A stretch of 32,000 bases of DNA. It comes from Idiomarina loihiensis L2TR. GTDB taxonomy: Bacteria > Pseudomonadota > Gammaproteobacteria > Enterobacterales > Alteromonadaceae. The notes below the pieces were generated by a model. It saw only the letters and a list, made by a program, of their open reading frames with translations. It made no database searches and had not been told where the DNA came from. The stretch covers positions 2,310,001 to 2,342,000 of the forward strand of contig NC_006512.1 in assembly GCF_000008465.1 (NCBI RefSeq), read 5' to 3'. Position numbers and translations under genes: made by a program. How positions within the stretch are numbered: position 1 is the first letter of the stretch; every line of letters begins with the position of its first letter. This document shows positions 24,556 through 32,000 of this stretch, piece by piece.

Positions 24556-26538
24556 TCACTCATGATACCGGGCTATTCTAAAGCCGATATCCTCTGCCGA
24601 AGTGCTTTCGCCGTCGCGAACGCTGGCACGAATATTCTTCATGCGTCCGGTTTTATAAGACGCACCTTTTACCACATTCCCATTACCACGAGCCGCACCC
24701 TGGTAATCGGTGTAAACCCGGTCAAGGTCAGGCGGGTTTAAAGTGTAACTGTCGTGTACCCACTCTTTGACGTTGCCGTCTAAATCAAAAAAGCCGCCAC
24801 GCTCTGCTTTAAAACTGCCTACCGGTGCTTTACCGGCAAAACCGTCATTGTAACCACGTAAAATGAAAGTCTGCTGACCTTTTGCAGACTCATCGGCAAA
24901 GTTGCCCTGCTTGTCACGCAGGTGTTCCTGGCTGCCCCACACGTAAATAGTGGAGTCGGCTCTGCGATTAATTTTGGCAATGTATTCCCACTCGGCTTCA
25001 GTCGGCAAGCGGTAACCACGCGAGCTAGCATCGGTTCCCACCACTTTACCGTTACTGACTTTATAAAAAGGCTGCAAGCCTTCCTGTTCGCTCAGCCAGT
25101 TGGTAAATAACGCAGCTTCGTCCCAGGACACATTCGTAACCGGCATTTTGGTTTTACTACCCGAGCCTTTAAACGCGGCAAACTGCGCCTCGGTAATTTC
25201 ATGGCGCGATATCCATACGTCCCGTGAGAAATCCACTTTCACCTGATGCTCATTACGTCCGCGGTTTGGCTCATTAACCGGCGAGCCCATAGTGAATTTT
25301 TTCGGCGACAGACGGTTCATTTCAATGCCTAAAGTACTGACAAACAACGGTCTGCCTTCTTTTCTTCTGGCATCAAACTCGCGCAGCATCTCGGCTTTTA
25401 CGTTCACCAGCCGCTCGCTGCTAGGCTGAAACTCCTGCTTAACCGTACGGTAACCGGTTTTACGAAACTCAACGTTAGAAGGCAAAGCTTGCAAAGTGGT
25501 GCGAAGCGGCGTTACGCCCTGCTTTTGTCCGTTAATGTAAACGTCGCTGGGTTCGTTGGAGGTAAAAGCTACGTCACCCATTTCCGGGTCTAAGTTAAAG
25601 GTCAGCTGCTGATTCTCGGCTGGACCCAGCTTAATTGTCCGGCTTTGCTTAATGTAGCCGGCCTTTTCGTAACGAATAACATGTTCTTTATTGGCATCAA
25701 CGCTAACTAGATTTTTTGCCGGCGCGCCGTTAACCAGCAACGCTCCGCCCTTCGGGTTCACCGAAACATTAACGGTTGCCTGCACTGGCTGTAGTCGATA
25801 ATTACGCTTAGGTTCTTTATTGCGCACGGTTAAAGACACGGTGTCCGTTACCGGTTCATACCCCGGATAATTCACCACCACAGGGTAGTCGCCACCCACT
25901 TTAGCAACGGTTACCGGCGTTGAACCCACCTCTTTGCCGTCAAGGGTAACCGACGCGCCAGCCGGGCTGGAGTTAATAGAGATAGTGCCACTAATAGGGG
26001 TTAGCCGAAGTTGATATTCAACTTTACCGTCTATTAACGCCTCAATTGCCACTGAAGCAGGCTCGTAAGCCGGATGCGAGGCCGACACCGTATACGTTCC
26101 GGGAGCAAATTCATCCTCAAAGGTAGAAGCGGTTTCTCGCTGCTCACCGTTAACTGACCAGACAATATCATTTGCGCCCGGCTCTGTTGTTATCGTCACT
26201 TTTGCCGGTTTAGGCTCCAGCTCAACTTCAATAGTTGAAGGGCTGTTGTCGTTTACCTGCACTTCTTTGGTTTGGTACTTGTCGGCCGAAACCGCCACGA
26301 GGCCACCAGAGCCTACCGCGTAATATTTATTGTCGATGAAAAAGCCAATACCGGAATTAACCGCAAAGCGCTGAGTTTGCGCAGCTTCTGTTGGCTTTAC
26401 GGTAAAACTGTAGCCTTTGGTTAGAAACAACCAGCCAAAGTAAATAACCAGCAGTGCAAGAATACTGACCGAGAAGCCAATAGCCATTAGCCGTCGTTTA
26501 CGTCGTCCTTTCTCAATGGCTTCGTCAAGTGTGGCCAC
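24556..26538 (-). CDS. N-terminally anchored protein with PEGA repeats and a C-terminal FGE-sulfatase (SUMF1-like) domain
   Basis: GTG start with an AGGAGAG SD 5 nt upstream. The TM is LMAIGFSVSILALLVIYFGWLFL. Several PEGA-type modules are present (for example SSPAGASVTLDGKEVGSTPVTV and SDVYINGQKQGVTPL). FGE-sulfatase motifs are present (KFTMGS, VSWDEAALFTNWLS, YRLPTEAEWEY, GNVKEWVHDSY, VVKGASY, IGFRIAR). The translated protein contains no cysteine. Confidence 0.85.
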   Translation of the reverse strand: MATLDEAIEKGRRKRRLMAIGFSVSILALLVIYFGWLFLTKGYSFTVKPTEAAQTQRFAVNSGIGFFIDNKYYAVGSGGLVAVSADKYQTKEVQVNDNSPSTIEVELEPKPAKVTITTEPGANDIVWSVNGEQRETASTFEDEFAPGTYTVSASHPAYEPASVAIEALIDGKVEYQLRLTPISGTISINSSPAGASVTLDGKEVGSTPVTVAKVGGDYPVVVNYPGYEPVTDTVSLTVRNKEPKRNYRLQPVQATVNVSVNPKGGALLVNGAPAKNLVSVDANKEHVIRYEKAGYIKQSRTIKLGPAENQQLTFNLDPEMGDVAFTSNEPSDVYINGQKQGVTPLRTTLQALPSNVEFRKTGYRTVKQEFQPSSERLVNVKAEMLREFDARRKEGRPLFVSTLGIEMNRLSPKKFTMGSPVNEPNRGRNEHQVKVDFSRDVWISRHEITEAQFAAFKGSGSKTKMPVTNVSWDEAALFTNWLSEQEGLQPFYKVSNGKVVGTDASSRGYRLPTEAEWEYIAKINRRADSTIYVWGSQEHLRDKQGNFADESAKGQQTFILRGYNDGFAGKAPVGSFKAERGGFFDLDGNVKEWVHDSYTLNPPDLDRVYTDYQGAARGNGNVVKGASYKTGRMKNIRASVRDGESTSAEDIGFRIARYHE

Positions 26539-26580
26539 GAAGTCTCTCCTGTTTTTTTAATTATTCTACGCTAAATTATG

Positions 26581-28014
26581 CTAAACGCGTTCGTTACACT
26601 GAACGTTAATAACAATTGGCGTGCCCGACTTCTCCACCACAACATCGACAATGATTGAGCGGTAGCCATCGCGGCGGCCTTCTAATTGGTATTTACCCGG
26701 CTTTAACTGGATGGTTTTCTCTCTTACCTCACCCACAACACCAACGCCCAGTACTTTTATATAAGTGCGGTTGTCGGAGCGAATGGTCACATCTATGGGC
26801 TGATTTTCCTTTTCAATAAGCTGCTCAACCTGGTTTATTTTTTCACCCAGCTTTGCGCTCAATTGCGTGAGCCCACTGTATTTGGACACCGCATTCACGG
26901 CATTTTGGCGAATGTTGTTGTCAGCAAGCCGGCCCGGTCTTTCAATATAAACATCCAGCGCACTGCTGGCGGCTAATATTTCTTCCGCGCTTTGTTTAGC
27001 CTGCTGCACAACCCGGCTGTCCGGATAATCGACCAAACCCTTTTCTGCCAGCATCTGTACCGTCTGCCATTCGTCGGCACCGGCAAAGACCTGAATGCGT
27101 TTTTCTAACGACTTCACACCCTGACTTTTTAACTCAGCGTCAATTTGCGCCTGCAGGGTTGCCAGTTCCGGCCGGTTGTTGTCTATAGCCGAAGCTTTGG
27201 TTAATGCCTCCTGGGCGCGATCAAAGTCTTTTTTATCAATGGCATTCACCGCCGTTGCCAAAGCACCGGCAAAACGTTGTTGTTTAATTTGCTGTTCCAC
27301 TTTCGCTAAGGCTGCCTTGGCATCCTGCTGTTGCGGATCAAGCTTTAGAATTTGTTGATAAGCAGCACGCTGCTTCTCTATATTGCCTTCTACACCGCCT
27401 ACTCTGGCCTGTTCATACAAATCAGCGACTTCATGGTAGGTATCTATACGTTTCTGAAACGCCAGCGCGTCGCTAAAATCGCCTTTTACCTTTAACGCCT
27501 GAGCATTCAACTGAGCGGCATCATCAATGTCGTCGGCAGCAAAGGCTTTTGCTGCGTCCGCATAAGGTTGTCTATAAGCCTTTTCAAACGCGCTTTGGTA
27601 CTCTGTAATATCTGTGTTGAGTTGCTCAATAGTGGTTTGCGCCTGGCTGTAATTACTGGCGCCATAGTCATTAAAAGCCTGATCTATGTCGGTCTGAAAA
27701 GCCTCAACTTTGGCGGGCTGCCACGTCGATATATACGGGGTAGCAACAAGCTCAGAAACGCGGTGATTGGTCTCATTTAAGGCCGTTTGCAGCGCTTTTC
27801 TGTCTATTGCCTGGTTAGCGGAACTTATCTGCGGCTCGCTTTTCTCTTGTTTTTCCGCGACTACCGGCGTGTTACCCGAAACCGGAAAATAAGCGAGCAA
27901 AGTAACGACAACGCCAATCAGCAAACAGGCAAAAACAGAGGCAATTACACCGGTTATTATGACTTTTTTCTTTTTAGCACGGTTTTCTGCTATTTGCTGA
28001 TCAACAGACGACAT
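26581..28014 (-). CDS. N-terminally anchored periplasmic helical (TPR/TolA-like) protein with a C-terminal PEGA-like beta domain
   Basis: The 477-aa ORF has a Lys-rich N-terminus and one TM (VIITGVIASVFACLLIGVVVTLLAYF). About 330 aa of Ala/Gln/Asp-rich helical repeats follow. The C-terminal ~70 aa (VTIRSDNRTYIKVLGVGVVGE...LKPGKYQLEGRRDGYRSIIVDVVV) resemble a PEGA module. Confidence 0.7.
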   Translation of the reverse strand: MSSVDQQIAENRAKKKKVIITGVIASVFACLLIGVVVTLLAYFPVSGNTPVVAEKQEKSEPQISSANQAIDRKALQTALNETNHRVSELVATPYISTWQPAKVEAFQTDIDQAFNDYGASNYSQAQTTIEQLNTDITEYQSAFEKAYRQPYADAAKAFAADDIDDAAQLNAQALKVKGDFSDALAFQKRIDTYHEVADLYEQARVGGVEGNIEKQRAAYQQILKLDPQQQDAKAALAKVEQQIKQQRFAGALATAVNAIDKKDFDRAQEALTKASAIDNNRPELATLQAQIDAELKSQGVKSLEKRIQVFAGADEWQTVQMLAEKGLVDYPDSRVVQQAKQSAEEILAASSALDVYIERPGRLADNNIRQNAVNAVSKYSGLTQLSAKLGEKINQVEQLIEKENQPIDVTIRSDNRTYIKVLGVGVVGEVREKTIQLKPGKYQLEGRRDGYRSIIVDVVVEKSGTPIVINVQCNERV

Positions 28015-28035
28015 CGTTACCTTTCCTTAGGTGAA

Positions 28036-29319
28036 TTAAAGCTGAGTTAACGGCGTTGATTCGAGATCATAAATCTCTTTCAGCTTTTCACGTAATTGCG
28101 CGTATTGCTCACCAGCGGTACCGGTTAATTCAATGTTCTGGTCATTAAGTTCTACCACCTGCGGAGTTACTTTTATGTCCAGGTTTTGTCCCATTTCATC
28201 AAGCAGCGCACGTTGAGTGCCTAATTCACGGTTGGTTTTTATTGCTTCGCTTAAGCTGTAAACCGCACCTAAACCTGCCGCCGCACTAGCCACCTGGCCA
28301 GCGGTAGAGCCTGAATTTTTACCCAGCAAAATAGCGGCCGTAGCTAAAATACCAGCACCAACCTGCGCGCGGGTTCTCTCTGCTTTCTTCTGTCGAATAT
28401 CAATAGCAACCGGCAGAGTCTCTTCCTGATAAGTACGGTATGCATCATGGGTCGTTGCATAGAAGGTGTCGTAACTGTCCTGCAATGAGTCAACAAACTG
28501 CTGGTCTTTCGCTTTAATCACATTAACCCGCTGATACATAGGGTCTGATTCAGCCGGAGCGCCGTTCAGCGTAATAGTTGAACGGCTCGAAAAGATACTA
28601 CTGGACTCACCCAGATAACCACCAAAGGCTTCAGGACTGTACATTGCGGCATAGCGCATATCTGAAACCGCCTGAATGGTTTTCTTCTCTTCTTCAGATT
28701 TTTTAATTAGCAAGTCATAAACATAACCCGCAATGCTTTCAAAAATTGGACCGTATGGGTTTTCACCTTTTCTTAACGCGTCACGGTAAAAGCCTGCGCC
28801 TACCTGATACTCAAACTCTTCCTCGCCCCAAATTTGGTTACTGGCGTCCATAACACGAACACCAATTTCAACGGTTTCGGTGTCTGAGTAGTTAATTTTT
28901 CCCAGCACGTAAACATCGGCACTGACGTTAGCATCGGGAGTCACATTCACTGCACCAAAGGCTTTAGTATCAGAAAGTGCTTCGCGGGTATTTACCGCAA
29001 AACGGTTCGCCTCTAAACGACGCACCTGTGGCCAAATGTCTTCTTCAACTATGGCTTCATCATCAATATTGCCGGAACTGTCTTTCGGCAACCCCGGGTC
29101 AAACACCGGAATAGCCACATTAAGATAAACATTAGAGTTGTAACTGTAGCTACGCTCTTTTTTGCCCAAGGCTTTAGAGTCTGACGGACCATTCATGCTT
29201 GGGCCAACGCTGGTAACATTAGTTTGGGTTGACTGGCAGCCGGCTAATGTAAACATTGCAGAAAGCGTCATAACGACTGAAAATCGTTTTAGTTTTTTTA
29301 GTTGAGCTAGTGTATTCAT
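28036..29319 (-). CDS. Lipoprotein of unknown function with a C-proximal Gly/Ala-rich hydrophobic segment
   Basis: A signal peptide with lipobox LAGC (Cys28, Gln at +2) is present. The GGAAG SD is correctly placed. Near the C-terminus is the Gly/Ala-zipper-like stretch VGAGILATAAILLGKNSGSTAGQVASAAAGLGAV. I recognise no family motif. Confidence 0.7.
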   Translation of the reverse strand: MNTLAQLKKLKRFSVVMTLSAMFTLAGCQSTQTNVTSVGPSMNGPSDSKALGKKERSYSYNSNVYLNVAIPVFDPGLPKDSSGNIDDEAIVEEDIWPQVRRLEANRFAVNTREALSDTKAFGAVNVTPDANVSADVYVLGKINYSDTETVEIGVRVMDASNQIWGEEEFEYQVGAGFYRDALRKGENPYGPIFESIAGYVYDLLIKKSEEEKKTIQAVSDMRYAAMYSPEAFGGYLGESSSIFSSRSTITLNGAPAESDPMYQRVNVIKAKDQQFVDSLQDSYDTFYATTHDAYRTYQEETLPVAIDIRQKKAERTRAQVGAGILATAAILLGKNSGSTAGQVASAAAGLGAVYSLSEAIKTNRELGTQRALLDEMGQNLDIKVTPQVVELNDQNIELTGTAGEQYAQLREKLKEIYDLESTPLTQL

Positions 29320-29338
29320 GTTCTTCTTCCGTTAATTA

Positions 29339-29878
29339 TTAACATCCGTACTCGGCCATTAAGCCTTTAAAATGTTCCTTTTCAGCTTCGGTTGTTGCCG
29401 AAGCCATGCCTTCTTTCACTGCGTCGCATACGGCAGAACTGCCGCCACCGCTGTTGCCACGCTTATGATCTTTTGTATCCACCGAACTTTCCGATGCCGT
29501 AGATGTAGATTGCTGTTGTTGCTCACTGGAGTTTGCGCCGCTATTACCTGAACTACCAGCCGAACCCGAAGCTCCACCTGCAGCACCAGAACCGCTGCCG
29601 CTGGCAGCATCAGCAAGGCTGCCGGAAGCCGACACAGTGGCCTCTTCCATACACTCGGCAGAGTCATCTAAAGAGGCAAACAGCGCAGCCTCCTCAAGCG
29701 CAATGCGTTCTTGCAGAGTAAGCGTGCTGGGGTCGACGTCGTCGAACTCTATGTAGGCACAATCGGAATAGCTTTTCTCCTGAGCTTCAGCCACACCACT
29801 GCCCAAGCACAACACCGCCAGAAAACACACAGGCGCATAGGCAAAGAAGTTGATGAGTGATGAACTGATTTTATCCAC
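29339..29878 (-). CDS. Secreted Ser/Gly-rich low-complexity protein with conserved-looking cysteines; first gene of the operon
   Basis: GTG start. The signal peptide is FFAYAPVCFLAVLCLGSGVAEA. An acidic segment is followed by the SGSLADAASGSGSGAAGGASGSAGSSGNSGANSSEQQQQSTSTAS tract, and the protein ends in a terminal Cys (AEYGC). Start codon choice is uncertain. Confidence 0.55.
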   Translation of the reverse strand: MDKISSSLINFFAYAPVCFLAVLCLGSGVAEAQEKSYSDCAYIEFDDVDPSTLTLQERIALEEAALFASLDDSAECMEEATVSASGSLADAASGSGSGAAGGASGSAGSSGNSGANSSEQQQQSTSTASESSVDTKDHKRGNSGGGSSAVCDAVKEGMASATTEAEKEHFKGLMAEYGC

Positions 29879-29935
29879 GGTAGGAACCTATAAAATGACT
29901 TGAGGGCAGTACTCAGATAACGTTAAGTTAAGGTT

Positions 29936-29966
29936 ATTATATTCCTGAATGTAAATAAACTGTAAA
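29936..29966 (-). promoter_or_regulatory. Candidate sigma-70 promoter of the eight-gene operon
   Basis: On the minus strand there is a perfect -10 TATAAT (29936-29941) and a -35 TTTACA (29961-29966), separated by a long 19-nt spacer. This lies about 58 nt upstream of the GTG at 29878. The -35 belongs to a cluster of three TGTAAA repeats on the plus strand (starting at 29950, 29961 and 29967). Confidence 0.4.
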
Positions 29967-30005
29967 TGTAAAATTTCTGTGGGTAAGCTGGCTGATTGCT
30001 GCTAT

Positions 30006-30932
30006 TTACATCACACCATCATTACTTTTGAAACGCTGTAGCATAAAATCAATAAACAGCCTTACCCTGTATGGAATATTTTCTCTGTCCCGGTAGAGCA
30101 TTTCACACCCGCGAGCCTGGTTGCTCCAGGCCGGTAAAATGTGTTGAATTTTGCCTGACTCGAGCAGAGGTTGCGCGTGGTAGTCGGGAATAAAGCCAAC
30201 GCCTATGCCACCCGCTATCACTTCAGTCAGTAAACTCATGTCATCCACTTTTAAGCGTATGTTGTCGGTAGCCGTATAAGCCTGCTTTTCACCCGAGTGA
30301 ATATGCTGCAGACTCCAGGTCAGCATAGGCGAACACAGCACCGTGGGTAACCCGGCTAAGTCGGCGGGAGCCTTTATGTGGGATACATCCAAATTTGCCG
30401 GACCGCAAATAGCAAAACGAATATTGGTTAACTGTCGGCCAATCCAGTGAGTTGCGCTGTGATGACCAATGCGAAAAGCCAGGTCCATGGCTTCTTCATC
30501 AATGTCTATAGTTTGGTTGGATAGCTTTAAGTCGAGCTCAATGTCCGGATACTGCCTCATAAACGCATTAAAATGATGAACCAGTACCTGAACGCTGAAA
30601 TTAATTGGGGCAGAAATTCTTATCGTACCCTTGGCCTCGTTTCTGTCCTGCTGCAGGCATGCAGCCACATTGTCCAGCTCGTCGAAAATGGGCGCACTTC
30701 TGCGATAATACCGTTGCCCCGCAAAGGTTAGTTGCACACGGTGAGCGTCCCTATTAAAAAGCCGCAACGCTAAGTCTTGTTCCAGCTTGGCAATTCTGCG
30801 ACTGAGTGTGGAAAGCGGCATTTGTAAGGCAACCGCCGCTTGTTTAAAACTGCCATACTGCGCCACCATGCAGAAGCAGCGCATGTCATCCAGTGAGTAA
30901 TTAGGTTTCATATTTGGAATTTTAATTCCCAT
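30006..30932 (-). CDS. LysR-family transcriptional regulator
   Basis: The N-terminal wHTH is LDDMRCFCMVAQYGSFKQAAVALQMPLSTLSRRIAKLEQDL. A LysR substrate-binding fold of typical length follows. An alternative start at M8 (30911) is possible. Confidence 0.9.
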   Translation of the reverse strand: MGIKIPNMKPNYSLDDMRCFCMVAQYGSFKQAAVALQMPLSTLSRRIAKLEQDLALRLFNRDAHRVQLTFAGQRYYRRSAPIFDELDNVAACLQQDRNEAKGTIRISAPINFSVQVLVHHFNAFMRQYPDIELDLKLSNQTIDIDEEAMDLAFRIGHHSATHWIGRQLTNIRFAICGPANLDVSHIKAPADLAGLPTVLCSPMLTWSLQHIHSGEKQAYTATDNIRLKVDDMSLLTEVIAGGIGVGFIPDYHAQPLLESGKIQHILPAWSNQARGCEMLYRDRENIPYRVRLFIDFMLQRFKSNDGVM

Positions 30933-30940
30933 TTTCTCTT

Positions 30941-30955
30941 ATTTATACCGTAAAT
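30941..30955. promoter_or_regulatory. LysR-type T-N11-A box in the divergent lysR/eamA intergenic region
   Basis: ATTTA-TACCG-TAAAT is a perfect 5-bp inverted repeat containing T-N11-A. It lies 9 nt from the lysR ATG and 56 nt upstream of the transporter ATG. Confidence 0.4.
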
Positions 30956-31010
30956 AGAATCTATACACTGTCAGCCATGATTTCTCAAGTTTCTTCCTGC
31001 GGAGATACCT

Positions 31011-31937
31011 ATGAACCGTTCAGCCAATACAAACGCTGTTTTGCTATTACTATTATGCGCTTTTTTCTGGGGAGCTTCCTTTCCCGTAGGCAAACACGCT
31101 CTGGGAGAAGTTCACGCCCTGACGTTAGTTATTTGGCGTTTTGCTATAGCCGCCGCGTGTCTGTTTGCCTTTATAAAGTGGAAGCGCATACCCATACCCG
31201 AGTTAAAAGCTAAACAATGGCTGTGGGTAGTTGGTGTTTCCATTGTTGGCGTAGGCGGACTCAACCTTGGGTTATTCACTGGGCTGGCTCAAACCAACGC
31301 CAGTAATGGCGCTTTGATTATGGCGCTAAGCCCGTTAACCACATCGCTAATTGGCTCTTTATTACAACGTAAGCTGCTGACCCGCGGAGCCGTATTCAGC
31401 CTGGTGGTGTGCTTGTCGGGTGTATTGCTTGTGCTCACCAACGGCGAACTGAAACGCTTACTCAGTTTCGAATTCAACCACGGTGACCAGATCATCTTCT
31501 TAGGTATGCTGTGCTGGAGCCTGTATACCTACTTAACGCAAGGCATTAGCCGCTGGATGCCTATGATCCCCTACACCTTTATTGGCATGCTAGCCGGCCT
31601 TGGCGTTATTTCTGTAGTAGCGGCGTTTAGCGCAGAAGCCCACCCTGTCCAGGAAAGCCTGGCAATAAGCCAAATTGTCTTAGCCGACTTACTCTTCATT
31701 GGTGTTTTTGGCACCGTGGGTGGTTATTTACTGTGGATTTCCGGCGTTAAACAGCTTGGTGCCGCAAACGCCTCTTTGTTTTTCAACTTCGTGCCCATTT
31801 TTGCTGCACTCACGGCTGTAACTTTTGGCCAGAACGTGGCCAGTTTACAGCTACTGGGTATGGCTATTGTCATCTCCGGATTGCTGCTGCCGCGACTAAC
31901 TCATTGGCGACAGCAGCGTTTTGCGCGGATGGGTTAA
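31011..31937 (+). CDS. DMT superfamily (EamA-like) transporter
   Basis: The 308-aa ORF has about 10 hydrophobic helices in two EamA-like halves (LLLLLCAFFWGASFPVGKHAL...). GGAG lies 8 nt upstream of the ATG. It is divergent from the LysR gene. Confidence 0.85.
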   Translation: MNRSANTNAVLLLLLCAFFWGASFPVGKHALGEVHALTLVIWRFAIAAACLFAFIKWKRIPIPELKAKQWLWVVGVSIVGVGGLNLGLFTGLAQTNASNGALIMALSPLTTSLIGSLLQRKLLTRGAVFSLVVCLSGVLLVLTNGELKRLLSFEFNHGDQIIFLGMLCWSLYTYLTQGISRWMPMIPYTFIGMLAGLGVISVVAAFSAEAHPVQESLAISQIVLADLLFIGVFGTVGGYLLWISGVKQLGAANASLFFNFVPIFAALTAVTFGQNVASLQLLGMAIVISGLLLPRLTHWRQQRFARMG

Positions 31938-32000
31938 GCAAAGTTGCTGGTGAGAATTGTTGCTTGTCATATCTAGCCACTATTCATAAAACCAATAACA

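Noticed and set aside
21626-28014. Reading the vWA plus TPR-like genes as a Bat/aerotolerance-type (MoxR-vWA) operon.
   Set aside because: No MoxR AAA+ ATPase or DUF58 gene is present. The vWA proteins have a single ExbD-like TM and a coiled coil, unlike the BatA/BatB topology.
29416-29721. Alternative-frame ORFs (83 aa on the minus strand, 62 aa on the plus strand) over the Ser/Gly-rich tract.
   Set aside because: They are by-products of the GC-rich low-complexity repeat. Only the 179-aa frame has a signal peptide and operon-consistent spacing.
1-32000. Search for CRISPR arrays, tRNA or rRNA genes, integrase or att sites, toxin-antitoxin pairs and long tandem repeats.
   Set aside because: I saw none by eye. 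Intergenic regions are short and are accounted for by promoters, terminators and the single IS.

Overview
This 32-kb chromosomal segment has gene content typical of a marine gammaproteobacterium, possibly Alteromonadales-like; that assignment is inference only. I saw no rRNA, tRNA or CRISPR array.

Ordinary content, left to right:
- Two translationally coupled c-di-GMP genes: a degenerate EAL protein and a PAS-GGDEF-EAL protein.
- chaC.
- One IS110/IS1111-family insertion sequence with 13-bp inverted repeats and a structured 3' non-coding region.
- A membrane-anchored MCP with a near-consensus sigma-28 promoter.
- A 639-aa orphan polytopic membrane protein.
- A DUF962/MscS gene pair.
- A Tat-exported PhoD phosphatase and a TonB-dependent receptor, each preceded by a Pho-box-like element.
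- An alpha/beta-hydrolase gene coupled to kynureninase.
- A YdgA/DUF945 protein.
- An OsmC-YcaO fusion.
- A LysR regulator divergent from an EamA transporter.

The stand-out is a tightly packed eight-gene minus-strand operon (21626-29878). Its products, in transcription order:
- A secreted Ser/Gly-rich cysteine-containing protein.
- A lipoprotein.
- A TolA-like protein (TM, long helical region, PEGA-like domain).
- A cysteine-free protein with a TM, PEGA repeats and an FGE-sulfatase domain.
- A 35-aa membrane peptide absent from the ORF track.
- A MotA/ExbB/TolQ-family channel.
- Two paralogous proteins whose N-terminal TM resembles ExbD/TolR (conserved Asp), followed by a coiled coil and a MIDAS-containing vWA domain.

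I interpret this operon as a candidate uncharacterised ion-driven envelope machine. It is analogous to Tol-Pal, GldKLMN/PorKLMN, AglRQS and Zorya but matches none of them. Its function is unknown.
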